From a virus (lineage: Duplodnaviria > Heunggongvirae > Uroviricota > Caudoviricetes): 11,987 nucleotides of DNA. Position numbers and translations under genes: made by a program. Position 1 is the stretch's first letter. The number at the start of each line of letters is the position of its first letter. The notes beneath the pieces were generated by a model, which worked only from the letters and a program-made list of their open reading frames with translations, was not told the origin of the DNA and did not search any database. This document shows positions 1-7,012 of the stretch, piece after piece. Location: positions 1-11,987 of IMG/VR virus record IMGVR_UViG_2778261502_000005; one strand, 5' to 3'.

Positions 1-516
1 ATGAAATTTAAAAAATGTCTTCTGCCTGTAGCAATGTTAGCGTCATTCACTCTGGCAGGATGCCAGTCAAATGCTGACGATCATGCCGCCGATGTTTATC
101 AAACCGATCAACTGAATACCAAACAAGAAACTAAAACCGTTAATATTATTTCCATTCTTCCCGCAAAAGTTGCCGTAGACAACTCCCAAAATAAACGGAA
201 CGCACAAGCCTTCGGCGCGCTTATTGGCGCAGTCGCTGGCGGTGTTATCGGCCACAACGTCGGTTCTGGCAGCAATTCCGGAACGACGGCAGGGGCAGTT
301 GGCGGCGGAGCTGTAGGCGCGGCAGCGGGTTCTATGGTGAATGATAAAACCTTAGTGGAAGGTGTTTCTTTAACGTATAAGGAAGGCACCAAAGTGTATA
401 CCTCCACCCAGGTGGGTAAAGAGTGCCAGTTTACGACAGGTTTAGCCGTTGTTATTACCACGACGTATAACGAAACGCGTATTCAGCCAAATACCAAATG
501 TCCTGAAAAGAGCTAA
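1..516 (+). CDS. Outer-membrane lipoprotein with a glycine-zipper region (SlyB/PCP-like), 171 aa
   Basis: ATG at window position 1. N-terminal signal peptide with lipobox L-A-G-C (MLASFTLAGCQS). Central Gly/Ala-rich run (GALIGAVAGGVIGHNVGSGSNSGTTAGAVGGGAVGAAAG) typical of glycine-zipper lipoproteins. Family assignment is from memory of the motif pattern, not alignment. Confidence 0.7.
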   Translation: MKFKKCLLPVAMLASFTLAGCQSNADDHAADVYQTDQLNTKQETKTVNIISILPAKVAVDNSQNKRNAQAFGALIGAVAGGVIGHNVGSGSNSGTTAGAVGGGAVGAAAGSMVNDKTLVEGVSLTYKEGTKVYTSTQVGKECQFTTGLAVVITTTYNETRIQPNTKCPEKS

Positions 517-531
517 TAATCAGGAGGAGTC

Positions 532-1071
532 ATGAAGAAAGTTTTTCTTTGCGCCATCTTGGCCTCCTTAAGCTATCCGGCTATCGCCTCATCATTGCAG
601 GATCAACTCTCGGCTGTCGCAGAAGCGGAACAGCAAGGTAAAAATGAAGAGCAAAAGCAGCATGATGAATGGGTCGCGGAGCGCAACAGGGAAATCCAGC
701 AAGAGAAGCAACGTCGCGCAAATGCCCAGGCCGCCGCTAACAAAAGAGCGGCAACGGCAGCAGCAAATAAGAAAGCTCGTCAGGATAAACTGGACGCCGA
801 AGCCTCTGCGGACAAAAAACGCGATCAAAGTTATGAAGATGAGCTACGCAGCTTAGAGATTCAGAAACAAAAACTGGCGCTGGCAAAAGAAGAAGCCCGC
901 GTTAAGCGAGAAAACGAATTTATCGATCAGGAACTGAAGCACAAAGCTGCGCAAACCGATGTGGTGCAATCTGAAGCTGACGCCAACAGAAATATGACTG
1001 AAGGCGGTCGCGATCTGATGAAAAGCGTGGGCAAAGCAGAAGAGAACAAATCGGACAGCTGGTTTAATTAA
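532..1071 (+). CDS. Secreted, highly charged coiled-coil-type protein of unknown function, 179 aa
   Basis: Strong SD AGGAGG 6-7 nt upstream of the ATG. Cleavable signal peptide ending AIA|SS. Lys/Glu/Gln/Ala-rich low-complexity body. Lies 15 bp after the lipoprotein, so probably co-transcribed. Confidence 0.7.
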   Translation: MKKVFLCAILASLSYPAIASSLQDQLSAVAEAEQQGKNEEQKQHDEWVAERNREIQQEKQRRANAQAAANKRAATAAANKKARQDKLDAEASADKKRDQSYEDELRSLEIQKQKLALAKEEARVKRENEFIDQELKHKAAQTDVVQSEADANRNMTEGGRDLMKSVGKAEENKSDSWFN

Positions 1072-1110
1072 TCGATGTTAGTAACTTCAAGCCTATGATT
1101 CTTGAAGATA

Positions 1111-1141
1111 AAAAACCCTCTGTAGTAACAGAGGGTTTTGT
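1111..1141. terminator. Bidirectional rho-independent terminator between the convergent secreted-protein gene and the Rz gene
   Basis: Hairpin CCCTCTG (1116-1122), loop TAGTAA, CAGAGGG (1129-1135). Flanked by AAAAAA upstream and TTTTGTT downstream, so it can terminate on either strand. Confidence 0.65.
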
Positions 1142-1290
1142 TCATTCATAGTGCAGGGATTAAAATCATTCCCACTCAATTATTTACGACAACCATAACC
1201 AATTGAGTGATAACATTTTTCCAAAACTTCATTTTTCTCATACCGTTTTATATACCGTCACCGGAAATCAGTACCATGAAAAATGCCATG

Positions 1291-1773
1291 CTATCTGGTC
1301 AGGGTGTCGTACTGTTTTTCACAGACTCTTCCGGCTTCGGCTGCCCGGTCAGCATACTCTGCCAGTTGTCTGTTTCTCTCGAGAGATTTGCTGAGCACGT
1401 CGGCAAGCAAAACTCCGGTGTCTGCGGCTGACGTCCCAGCGCCGACAATGGCGTTATACTGCCTGAGTTGCTCACGGATGGCAACGAGCTGTTGCTGCAA
1501 CCGGCCAGCGCGAGCGGCAGCATCAAGAGCATCATTGCGCGCCTGGTCGATCCTCTGTTGCGCTTTACGTTCATTGATCGCTTTCTCCTGTTCGTAGTGC
1601 TGACGAACTTTCTCATCTTCGGCTTTGCGCTCTTCCTTCGCCTGTGCATACCCGGCGTCGTACTGTCGGCTACCATGCACATTCCAGGCAACAACTCCTG
1701 ATAGAGTCAAAACAGCAAGCATCGCCACGATAACCAACTGTTTCCAGTATGCTTTTACGAATGCCAAGATCAT
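1291..1773 (-). CDS. Rz-like inner-membrane spanin (i-spanin), 160 aa
   Basis: N-terminal transmembrane anchor (LVIVAMLAVLTLSGVVAW) followed by a long charged coiled-coil region. Start overlaps the endolysin stop as ATGA (1770-1773). Last gene of the lysis cassette. Confidence 0.7.
   Translation of the reverse strand: MILAFVKAYWKQLVIVAMLAVLTLSGVVAWNVHGSRQYDAGYAQAKEERKAEDEKVRQHYEQEKAINERKAQQRIDQARNDALDAAARAGRLQQQLVAIREQLRQYNAIVGAGTSAADTGVLLADVLSKSLERNRQLAEYADRAAEAGRVCEKQYDTLTR
1299..1535 (-). CDS. Candidate Rz1-like outer-membrane lipoprotein spanin (o-spanin) embedded in the +1 frame of Rz, 78 aa
   Basis: Internal ATG-ATG at 1535/1532 in the alternate frame of Rz. Short signal peptide with lipobox LALAGC, then a Ser/Pro-containing mature part. 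Weak SD (AGG) upstream. An embedded o-spanin is the standard Rz/Rz1 arrangement. Confidence 0.4.
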   Translation of the reverse strand: MMLLMLPLALAGCSNSSLPSVSNSGSITPLSALGRQPQTPEFCLPTCSANLSRETDNWQSMLTGQPKPEESVKNSTTP

Positions 1774-2399
1774 ATCGCCAGCACCTTACTGGCAGTGATG
1801 TATCGCTCACGCCTGTCGTCGATGCCGTTCCGGCCACCATTGATAATCAGAGTTACACGTGCAATATCGCCGGTATACTTCATGCAGCCTTTGCTGGAGA
1901 AAAACCACGCCGCGCTACGAGCCGCATATTCGTCCTGAGCCAGCAGTTCAGGACTCTCCAGCAGGTCAACCTTCAGACCGTTTCCACAGTCACGATAGTT
2001 ATTCAAACCGGTAATCTGGATAAGTCCGCGCCCACGGTAATTCCAGCCATCGCCGGGAGCATTGTTCCCCATGCGTTTGCTGTACACCAGATTTGCGATC
2101 GCGCGCTGGCGCTCAAGTGACAATGGTGGTTCGCCTGCGCGTCGCCCCAATACGTTGGCCTGTCCCTGAGTGAGACGCCCAGCCCGAACGAAGTTAACCA
2201 GTCCGCTGACGCTGTAGTTGAAATTCTCCTGCAACCGAGTGAAGCCCACAGACTCATGCCCGACCTGAGCAATAAACATTGCCTGATCTTCGGTTTTGCT
2301 GATACCAAACTCTTTCATCGCAGAAATTATATGCGAGAACCAGCGGTCGGCCAGCGACTCGCTGATACCAGCAGCTCGCTGAAATTGTTTAATCTCCAT
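1770..2399 (-). CDS. Endolysin, glycoside hydrolase family 19 (chitinase-like lysozyme) type, 209 aa
   Basis: Contains NYRGRGLIQITGLNNY, which matches the GH19 catalytic-region signature as I recall it, and a downstream AAWFF motif. No signal peptide. Sits between the holin-like genes and Rz with overlapping start and stop codons. Confidence 0.8.
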   Translation of the reverse strand: MEIKQFQRAAGISESLADRWFSHIISAMKEFGISKTEDQAMFIAQVGHESVGFTRLQENFNYSVSGLVNFVRAGRLTQGQANVLGRRAGEPPLSLERQRAIANLVYSKRMGNNAPGDGWNYRGRGLIQITGLNNYRDCGNGLKVDLLESPELLAQDEYAARSAAWFFSSKGCMKYTGDIARVTLIINGGRNGIDDRRERYITASKVLAI

Positions 2400-2697
2400 G
2401 TTTAGACCTCGCTAATTTGAAAATCTGAACGACGTTACCGCGTGTTTTAATAACCGCAGCAAGCATGACTACGTTGATAATGACCTCAGATAAATCCACT
2501 GCCATTGGCATGCTGAACCAGATTGCATAGGCGACACGAACCGGAATACTAGCCGCAGCAACAATCAGGAAATAAGCAAGCCAGCCACCCCATCGTCGGT
2601 GTTGAGATCCATTGCGCCGGAAAGTAACAACACGAATAGCTATGCCAGTACAAATAACTGCATTGGTGATAAGCAAAAAAATCTCATGCGTTACCAT
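2389..2697 (-). CDS. Holin-like small membrane protein (second of two), 102 aa
   Basis: Three predicted hydrophobic helices and a charged C-terminal tail (KTRGNVVQIFKLARSKHGD). SD GGGAG about 8 nt upstream of the ATG. Overlaps the upstream holin by 14 nt and the endolysin by 11 nt. Confidence 0.55.
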   Translation of the reverse strand: MVTHEIFLLITNAVICTGIAIRVVTFRRNGSQHRRWGGWLAYFLIVAAASIPVRVAYAIWFSMPMAVDLSEVIINVVMLAAVIKTRGNVVQIFKLARSKHGD

Positions 2698-3088
2698 CGT
2701 CTTTTCTCCCAGGAATCAACTCGCGTGGATTATCAGAACGATGATAGAGCCATATACCAATACGAACGGCGACAATTGCCGACACGAACGCACCTGTAGA
2801 AAATGCAATCCCTTTCTCGAATGAGTCCTGCGTGATGGTAGGGATCAGGCTGGCTACACCGATAAGGATGGATGCTGTAGGTTTGTAAAAGAGAAGGCCG
2901 CAGAGGAAGCTGAGCATCGACAGAAGAACACGACGACGGATTGGGTATTCTACTGCAGAGGTAACAAAAATTACCGCACCAGCCAAAGATCCCAAAGCGA
3001 CCTCTGGAGGAACTCCTGCTATCACCGACACTAAAGAACCAACGCTAAGCCACTGATTTAAAGATTCATTGGTTAACTGTATTGACAT
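2684..3088 (-). CDS. Holin-like membrane protein (first gene of the lysis cassette), about 134 aa
   Basis: Three to four hydrophobic segments. Start placed at the ATG at 3088, which has a GGTGG SD-like sequence 5 nt upstream. In-frame alternative starts exist at ATG 3100 and GTG 3118 (M-V-V-F-M spacing), so a dual-start holin/antiholin pair is possible but not demonstrated. Confidence 0.55.
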   Translation of the reverse strand: MSIQLTNESLNQWLSVGSLVSVIAGVPPEVALGSLAGAVIFVTSAVEYPIRRRVLLSMLSFLCGLLFYKPTASILIGVASLIPTITQDSFEKGIAFSTGAFVSAIVAVRIGIWLYHRSDNPRELIPGRKDDGNA

Positions 3089-3384
3089 AAAAACCACCAT
3101 TTTTGAGCATAATGACACTCTTAGCTAGTGAGTTCATTATACACAGCGAACCTTATATGGATTAGTGGTGGTTTATTTTAACGCTTAAAAAGCATACGCT
3201 GCTAATAGCACAACGCCTTGCAATCAGATGCAAACCTTTGTCCACTACTAATCTCAATGAAATAGATCAGCAAAGCATTTGACTCTCCCCGTTGGATGAT
3301 GTGTGAAGTGCTGACTAGAATGCTGCAAATATGATATGATGTTTGGCATCCATTGACTTTAATTTGTTATATAGATAAATACAT

Positions 3385-4386
3385 ATGAAAGAAATAAAAT
3401 CACTAACAGGTGTTAGAGGAATAGCTGCAATTTACGTAGTTCTTTATCACTTTACAAACGCAAAAATACCTTTTCTATGGAACGGATATCTAGCAGTAGA
3501 TCTTTTTTTCGTATTAAGCGGATTTATAATGTGTATGGTATACTCTAAAAATTTCACACAAGAAATATCTGTTAGTGAATTTGGAAAATTTATTTGGCAT
3601 AGATTTTCAAGAATATATCCATTATATTTATTTGTTTTATTATTAACAATAGTTATTCAAGTAAATCAATCATCGCCACCATCAACTCAAAATCTCATAA
3701 TAAATTTTATGATGTGGCAAAATTTATTTAATAATGGAATGGTTGGTGCATCATGGTCTGTTAGCGTTGAATTAATTGCGTATTTAATATTTCCGCCTCT
3801 AATATTCTTATTAACCGATAAGAAATGGTTATGTTTCATAATAATTTACACATCAATGTCAATGTTGTTTTATATTACAACAATTGACAACCCTGGTAGT
3901 AGCGGGCCACTTGATATATATAGCGGAATCCCTTCAATAATGAGAGGTGTTTGTGGTTTCACTATAGGTTGTTGTTGCTATGTTTTATTTGATAAATACA
4001 AACACACATTTAATGTTATTGCATATACTCAAGATATTTTGGCGGCTTTAGTAATAGCGTGTTTACTAACAAAAGGAATGGATGTTGTTTTTGTTATTTT
4101 GACCGGATTATATATATCATCGCTTTATTATAGCACTGGAATAACAGGATGGTTACTATCAACAAAACCTATTCATTATTTGGGGGAGTTGTCTTTTTCA
4201 ATTTACCTTACGCACCTGATGATACAAAGGCATTTTATATTTGAAGTGAATGCAATAACTGAATGGTTAAATGTTAGTTATATAAATGATGTGTTTGTTA
4301 TGGTTATATCTACACTGATGTTTTCTATATTAACATTTCATTTAGTAGAAAAGCCAAGCAGAAATATTCTAAGAAAACTAAAATAA
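3385..4386 (+). CDS. Acyltransferase-3 family integral-membrane O-acyltransferase (Oac-like O-antigen acetylase candidate), 333 aa
   Basis: N-terminal RGIAAIYVVLYHF and DLFFVLSGF motifs characteristic of acyltransferase-3 (R-x10-H and V-x2-FF-x-S-G). About ten hydrophobic helices. Very AT-rich (about 31% GC in the first 100 nt). No SD. Convergent with the tailspike gene. Confidence 0.8.
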   Translation: MKEIKSLTGVRGIAAIYVVLYHFTNAKIPFLWNGYLAVDLFFVLSGFIMCMVYSKNFTQEISVSEFGKFIWHRFSRIYPLYLFVLLLTIVIQVNQSSPPSTQNLIINFMMWQNLFNNGMVGASWSVSVELIAYLIFPPLIFLLTDKKWLCFIIIYTSMSMLFYITTIDNPGSSGPLDIYSGIPSIMRGVCGFTIGCCCYVLFDKYKHTFNVIAYTQDILAALVIACLLTKGMDVVFVILTGLYISSLYYSTGITGWLLSTKPIHYLGELSFSIYLTHLMIQRHFIFEVNAITEWLNVSYINDVFVMVISTLMFSILTFHLVEKPSRNILRKLK

Positions 4387-4393
4387 ACAAAAA

Positions 4394-4428
4394 ATGCCGA
4401 CGGATACTTAAACAATCTATCGGCATTA
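4394..4428. terminator. Bidirectional hairpin terminator between the convergent acyltransferase and tailspike genes
   Basis: AATGCCGA (4394-4401) pairs with TCGGCATT (4421-4428), with an inner GATA/TATC extension. A-run on the left and a T-rich tract on the right. Confidence 0.5.
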
Positions 4429-4434
4429 AATTTA

Positions 4435-6864
4435 TTAAGGATTACTTACCAACCCCTTCCATCCTCCACTTCCTGCGCTTGTGCATTGATAGAAGTATCC
4501 TGTGTTTTTGTCAACATATAATCCTCCTGGCTTACCATTAATAACTCCGTAAGGAGTTCCTGAACCGCTTATCAATGAAATACCATGTATAAAAGAAACA
4601 TTCTGACTATATGTTCCTGTCCCTGGAGCTCTGGCCATATCATTAATAGCACAAAGCCATGATCCAGCTGTTGATATGTTTGATATATTATCATCATCAT
4701 TTGGGACAATGGCTATCATTGGTATTGTTGCGTTTTTACCATAACCTCTAATATTACTTATTCCTCTTTGAACTCTTGAGTCTGTCAAATCTCTAATCAA
4801 TGGAACACTTACGCTATCTTCACAGATAAAGTTATTTATCGTGTAGTCATCACAGCTTGAATCAGTTTCTATATGAACCAATCCCTCGGCATCAGTATCG
4901 GAAGCTCCTGAGTATCCACCATCCCAAAAAATGCCATCTATGTTTATATATCTTGCTCCGCCGCTAATATATATATTACCAGCACCTCCGATAACCCTTA
5001 ATTCATTTATATAAATACCGTAGAACCCTAAAATTTCAACAACCCTTGCATGGTTTGATGTGTATTTTGAGTTGTTTGCGTTTTCAACCGTACAACTTGC
5101 TATAACGGAATACCTGGCATTTTGATGCCGCCCCGATGGTATTGATGCTGTATTAATGTGCTCAATTTGGAATCCATGAACACAATTTTTTGCATAACAT
5201 CTATAAAATTTAACACATCTTGCGGGCATTGTTGTTGAGTGGCCCTTCTGCTGAAATCCAGTCATTACCCCATCCGCATAACAATCCATCACGGTAACAT
5301 TATAACTTCCTTCATCAATTTCAATACCATGCTGATTCCCTGTCCATACCATATCAGGGTCATCGTTCCATACTCGGCAGCGGTTAATTACAATATCACT
5401 GCTATTATGCGTTGTAATGAGATCGTCAAGTTGACTGTTTTGAACAAAAGTGTCTTCAACAACAATGTCATAGCTACCACCAACTGCATTATTATTAATA
5501 TTCCCATCATCGAAATAATACCCAGCACAAATATCTATACCATGCTGCAAACCACGCTTACAGTAAACGTTTTTGATGGAACTGTGGCTGACAGTAGAAA
5601 ATAAAATAGTAGTCCCCTGTGTGGCATCCATCCATGTTTCTGACGGATTTCTTGCTCGATTGTTAGCATCTACACATAAGTCTTCTATGTGGATAGAAGT
5701 ATCGTAGTTTGTCCTGAATACCCTGTATTCATAAAGCTCGTTCTGAATACAGTTTTCAATTATCGGCATTGTTGGTAGTGCTAGAATAACGGTCTTAAAT
5801 TTCCCCACCCCACGCAATCTAACGTAAGATGGTACTTTCAGTGCAGAGTTAATCCCGTAAGTACCTTCAGAAAGAATAAGCTCTTTCACCGTTGCCATTT
5901 TTGCCGCTTGCAGTGCTTTGTTCAATTTATCATGACAATCCGTTACTCCATCAGGAACAATTCCGTAATAATCAGCATACACTTCATTGCAGATTCTTTT
6001 CCAACGCTTTCCACCAGGCGTCACAATTATCATTCCATCATCATCAATTGTTGTTAAATCAGTGCTATCATAATAAAAATACCCACCTCCAATACCAGAG
6101 CCTAAAGTATGCTCTAATACATATATTCTTTGCTGTAAATTTGTTGGTTCTATATTGCGTAAATTAGAAATGGAAGCACAATTGCCAATAAGTTTTAAGC
6201 CATCACTTGCTGCTAGCTGAATCATTACATCGGATGCAGATCCAGACTGTGGAAGGACCATAATAGGATTACCATTGTCATCCATCGCTACCACTTTGTT
6301 TTTACGATTCTCAGCATCAGGCAAACTTGGTATTGGCTCAGGCGTTCTAAGAGTACGACCTAGATTTGTATTAGCAAGTTTATCGACATAATTTTTAGTT
6401 GCCGCATCCTGTGGGCGCACAGGGTCTCGCAGATTTCTGATGTAGTTGTTAATAGCGTCATAATAATTCGACACAAAAGATGGCTTACGAAGAGCAAGTG
6501 AAAACCAACTTCTTACCTGCTGGATCAGCATCGTTAGCTTATCAAACGCGTCTTCGTGCACCTCAGCAAAAAACTTACCCTGGTTTCTAAGATCTGTTTC
6601 CTGAGTAACCGATAGTTCTCGCAATATGGAAATCTGATAACCATTAGCCAGTGCCTTCGACAGAATTACATTGCCACCGTTATACCCTCCCGCACCAGTG
6701 ACTGTGTAATCAGTATCAAGATCCAGCACAGTGATATTCTCGTCAAGGTCAATCACCTGCACTACTAAATCAGATTTATTGAAAACCCTAAAGGTATAAG
6801 GGAATGATGTCGTAACGCCGTTACCGGTGTATTCGTTGTGGTTAACTTCGGTTGAGACCGTCAT
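4435..6864 (-). CDS. Tailspike/tail fibre with T7-tail-fibre-like N-terminal anchor domain and C-terminal beta-helix (pectate-lyase-like) domain; probable polysaccharide depolymerase, 809 aa
   Basis: N-terminus (YTGNGVTTSFPYTF...DLVVQV...DYTVT...IRNLRDPVRPQDAATKNYVDKL) follows the conserved pattern of the T7 gp17 N-terminal domain. The remainder is rich in Gly/Asn/Ser/Thr/Ile as expected for a right-handed beta-helix. SD GGAG 7 nt upstream of the ATG. GC drops after roughly the first 170 codons. Confidence 0.8.
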   Translation of the reverse strand: MTVSTEVNHNEYTGNGVTTSFPYTFRVFNKSDLVVQVIDLDENITVLDLDTDYTVTGAGGYNGGNVILSKALANGYQISILRELSVTQETDLRNQGKFFAEVHEDAFDKLTMLIQQVRSWFSLALRKPSFVSNYYDAINNYIRNLRDPVRPQDAATKNYVDKLANTNLGRTLRTPEPIPSLPDAENRKNKVVAMDDNGNPIMVLPQSGSASDVMIQLAASDGLKLIGNCASISNLRNIEPTNLQQRIYVLEHTLGSGIGGGYFYYDSTDLTTIDDDGMIIVTPGGKRWKRICNEVYADYYGIVPDGVTDCHDKLNKALQAAKMATVKELILSEGTYGINSALKVPSYVRLRGVGKFKTVILALPTMPIIENCIQNELYEYRVFRTNYDTSIHIEDLCVDANNRARNPSETWMDATQGTTILFSTVSHSSIKNVYCKRGLQHGIDICAGYYFDDGNINNNAVGGSYDIVVEDTFVQNSQLDDLITTHNSSDIVINRCRVWNDDPDMVWTGNQHGIEIDEGSYNVTVMDCYADGVMTGFQQKGHSTTMPARCVKFYRCYAKNCVHGFQIEHINTASIPSGRHQNARYSVIASCTVENANNSKYTSNHARVVEILGFYGIYINELRVIGGAGNIYISGGARYINIDGIFWDGGYSGASDTDAEGLVHIETDSSCDDYTINNFICEDSVSVPLIRDLTDSRVQRGISNIRGYGKNATIPMIAIVPNDDDNISNISTAGSWLCAINDMARAPGTGTYSQNVSFIHGISLISGSGTPYGVINGKPGGLYVDKNTGYFYQCTSAGSGGWKGLVSNP

Positions 6865-6968
6865 GTTAAATCTCCAGATAGTCGCAGCACCCGTTGCGCC
6901 GCATATCCGATTATTCTATTACCCGAAAAACCATATATGGATAGATAGACCATGAATACAAACAGATA

Positions 6969-6983
6969 TTACCTTTCAGGTGA
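6969..6983. promoter_or_regulatory. Operator-like palindrome TTACC-N5-GGTGA upstream of the tailspike gene
   Basis: TTACCtttcaGGTGA, a 9/10 match to the TTACC-N5-GGTAA motif found around the repressor gene. Lies about 105 bp upstream of the tailspike ATG, next to a TTGCAA hexamer on the minus strand. Confidence 0.4.
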
Positions 6984-7012
6984 TTTGCAAAACGTGCTGG
7001 ATAGCAAACAAA

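Noticed and set aside
67-461. Minus-strand ORFs of 62 and 117 aa (67..255, 108..461) inside the lipoprotein gene
   Set aside because: Antisense to a well-supported CDS with a signal peptide. Their Ala/Pro-rich translations are what the reverse complement of Gly/Ala-rich coding sequence produces. No RBS.
592-856. ORFs 592..828 (-) and 644..856 (+) overlapping the secreted-protein gene
   Set aside because: Alternate-frame or antisense overlaps of a CDS that has a strong SD and a signal peptide. Low-complexity translations.
1203-1701. Plus-strand ORFs 1203..1394, 1207..1431, 1283..1597 and 1468..1701
   Set aside because: Antisense to the Rz/Rz1 spanin genes. They start in the terminator/intergenic region without an RBS and fit no operon.
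1749-2308. ORFs 1749..2120 (+) and 2003..2308 (-) within the endolysin region
   Set aside because: Antisense or alternate frame of the endolysin, which carries a recognisable catalytic motif. No independent support.
2599-2824. Plus-strand ORFs 2599..2799 and 2612..2824
   Set aside because: Antisense to the holin-like genes. Not membrane proteins, no RBS.
5239-6167. Plus-strand ORFs 5239..5604 and 5892..6167 inside the tailspike gene
   Set aside because: Antisense ORFs expected by chance in an AT-rich 2.4-kb gene. Ile/Asn-rich junk translations.
6861-6953. 30-aa minus-strand ORF immediately upstream of the tailspike whose stop overlaps the tailspike ATG as ATGA
   Set aside because: No SD before its ATG and no recognisable features. 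Most likely untranslated leader; noted only because of the overlap.
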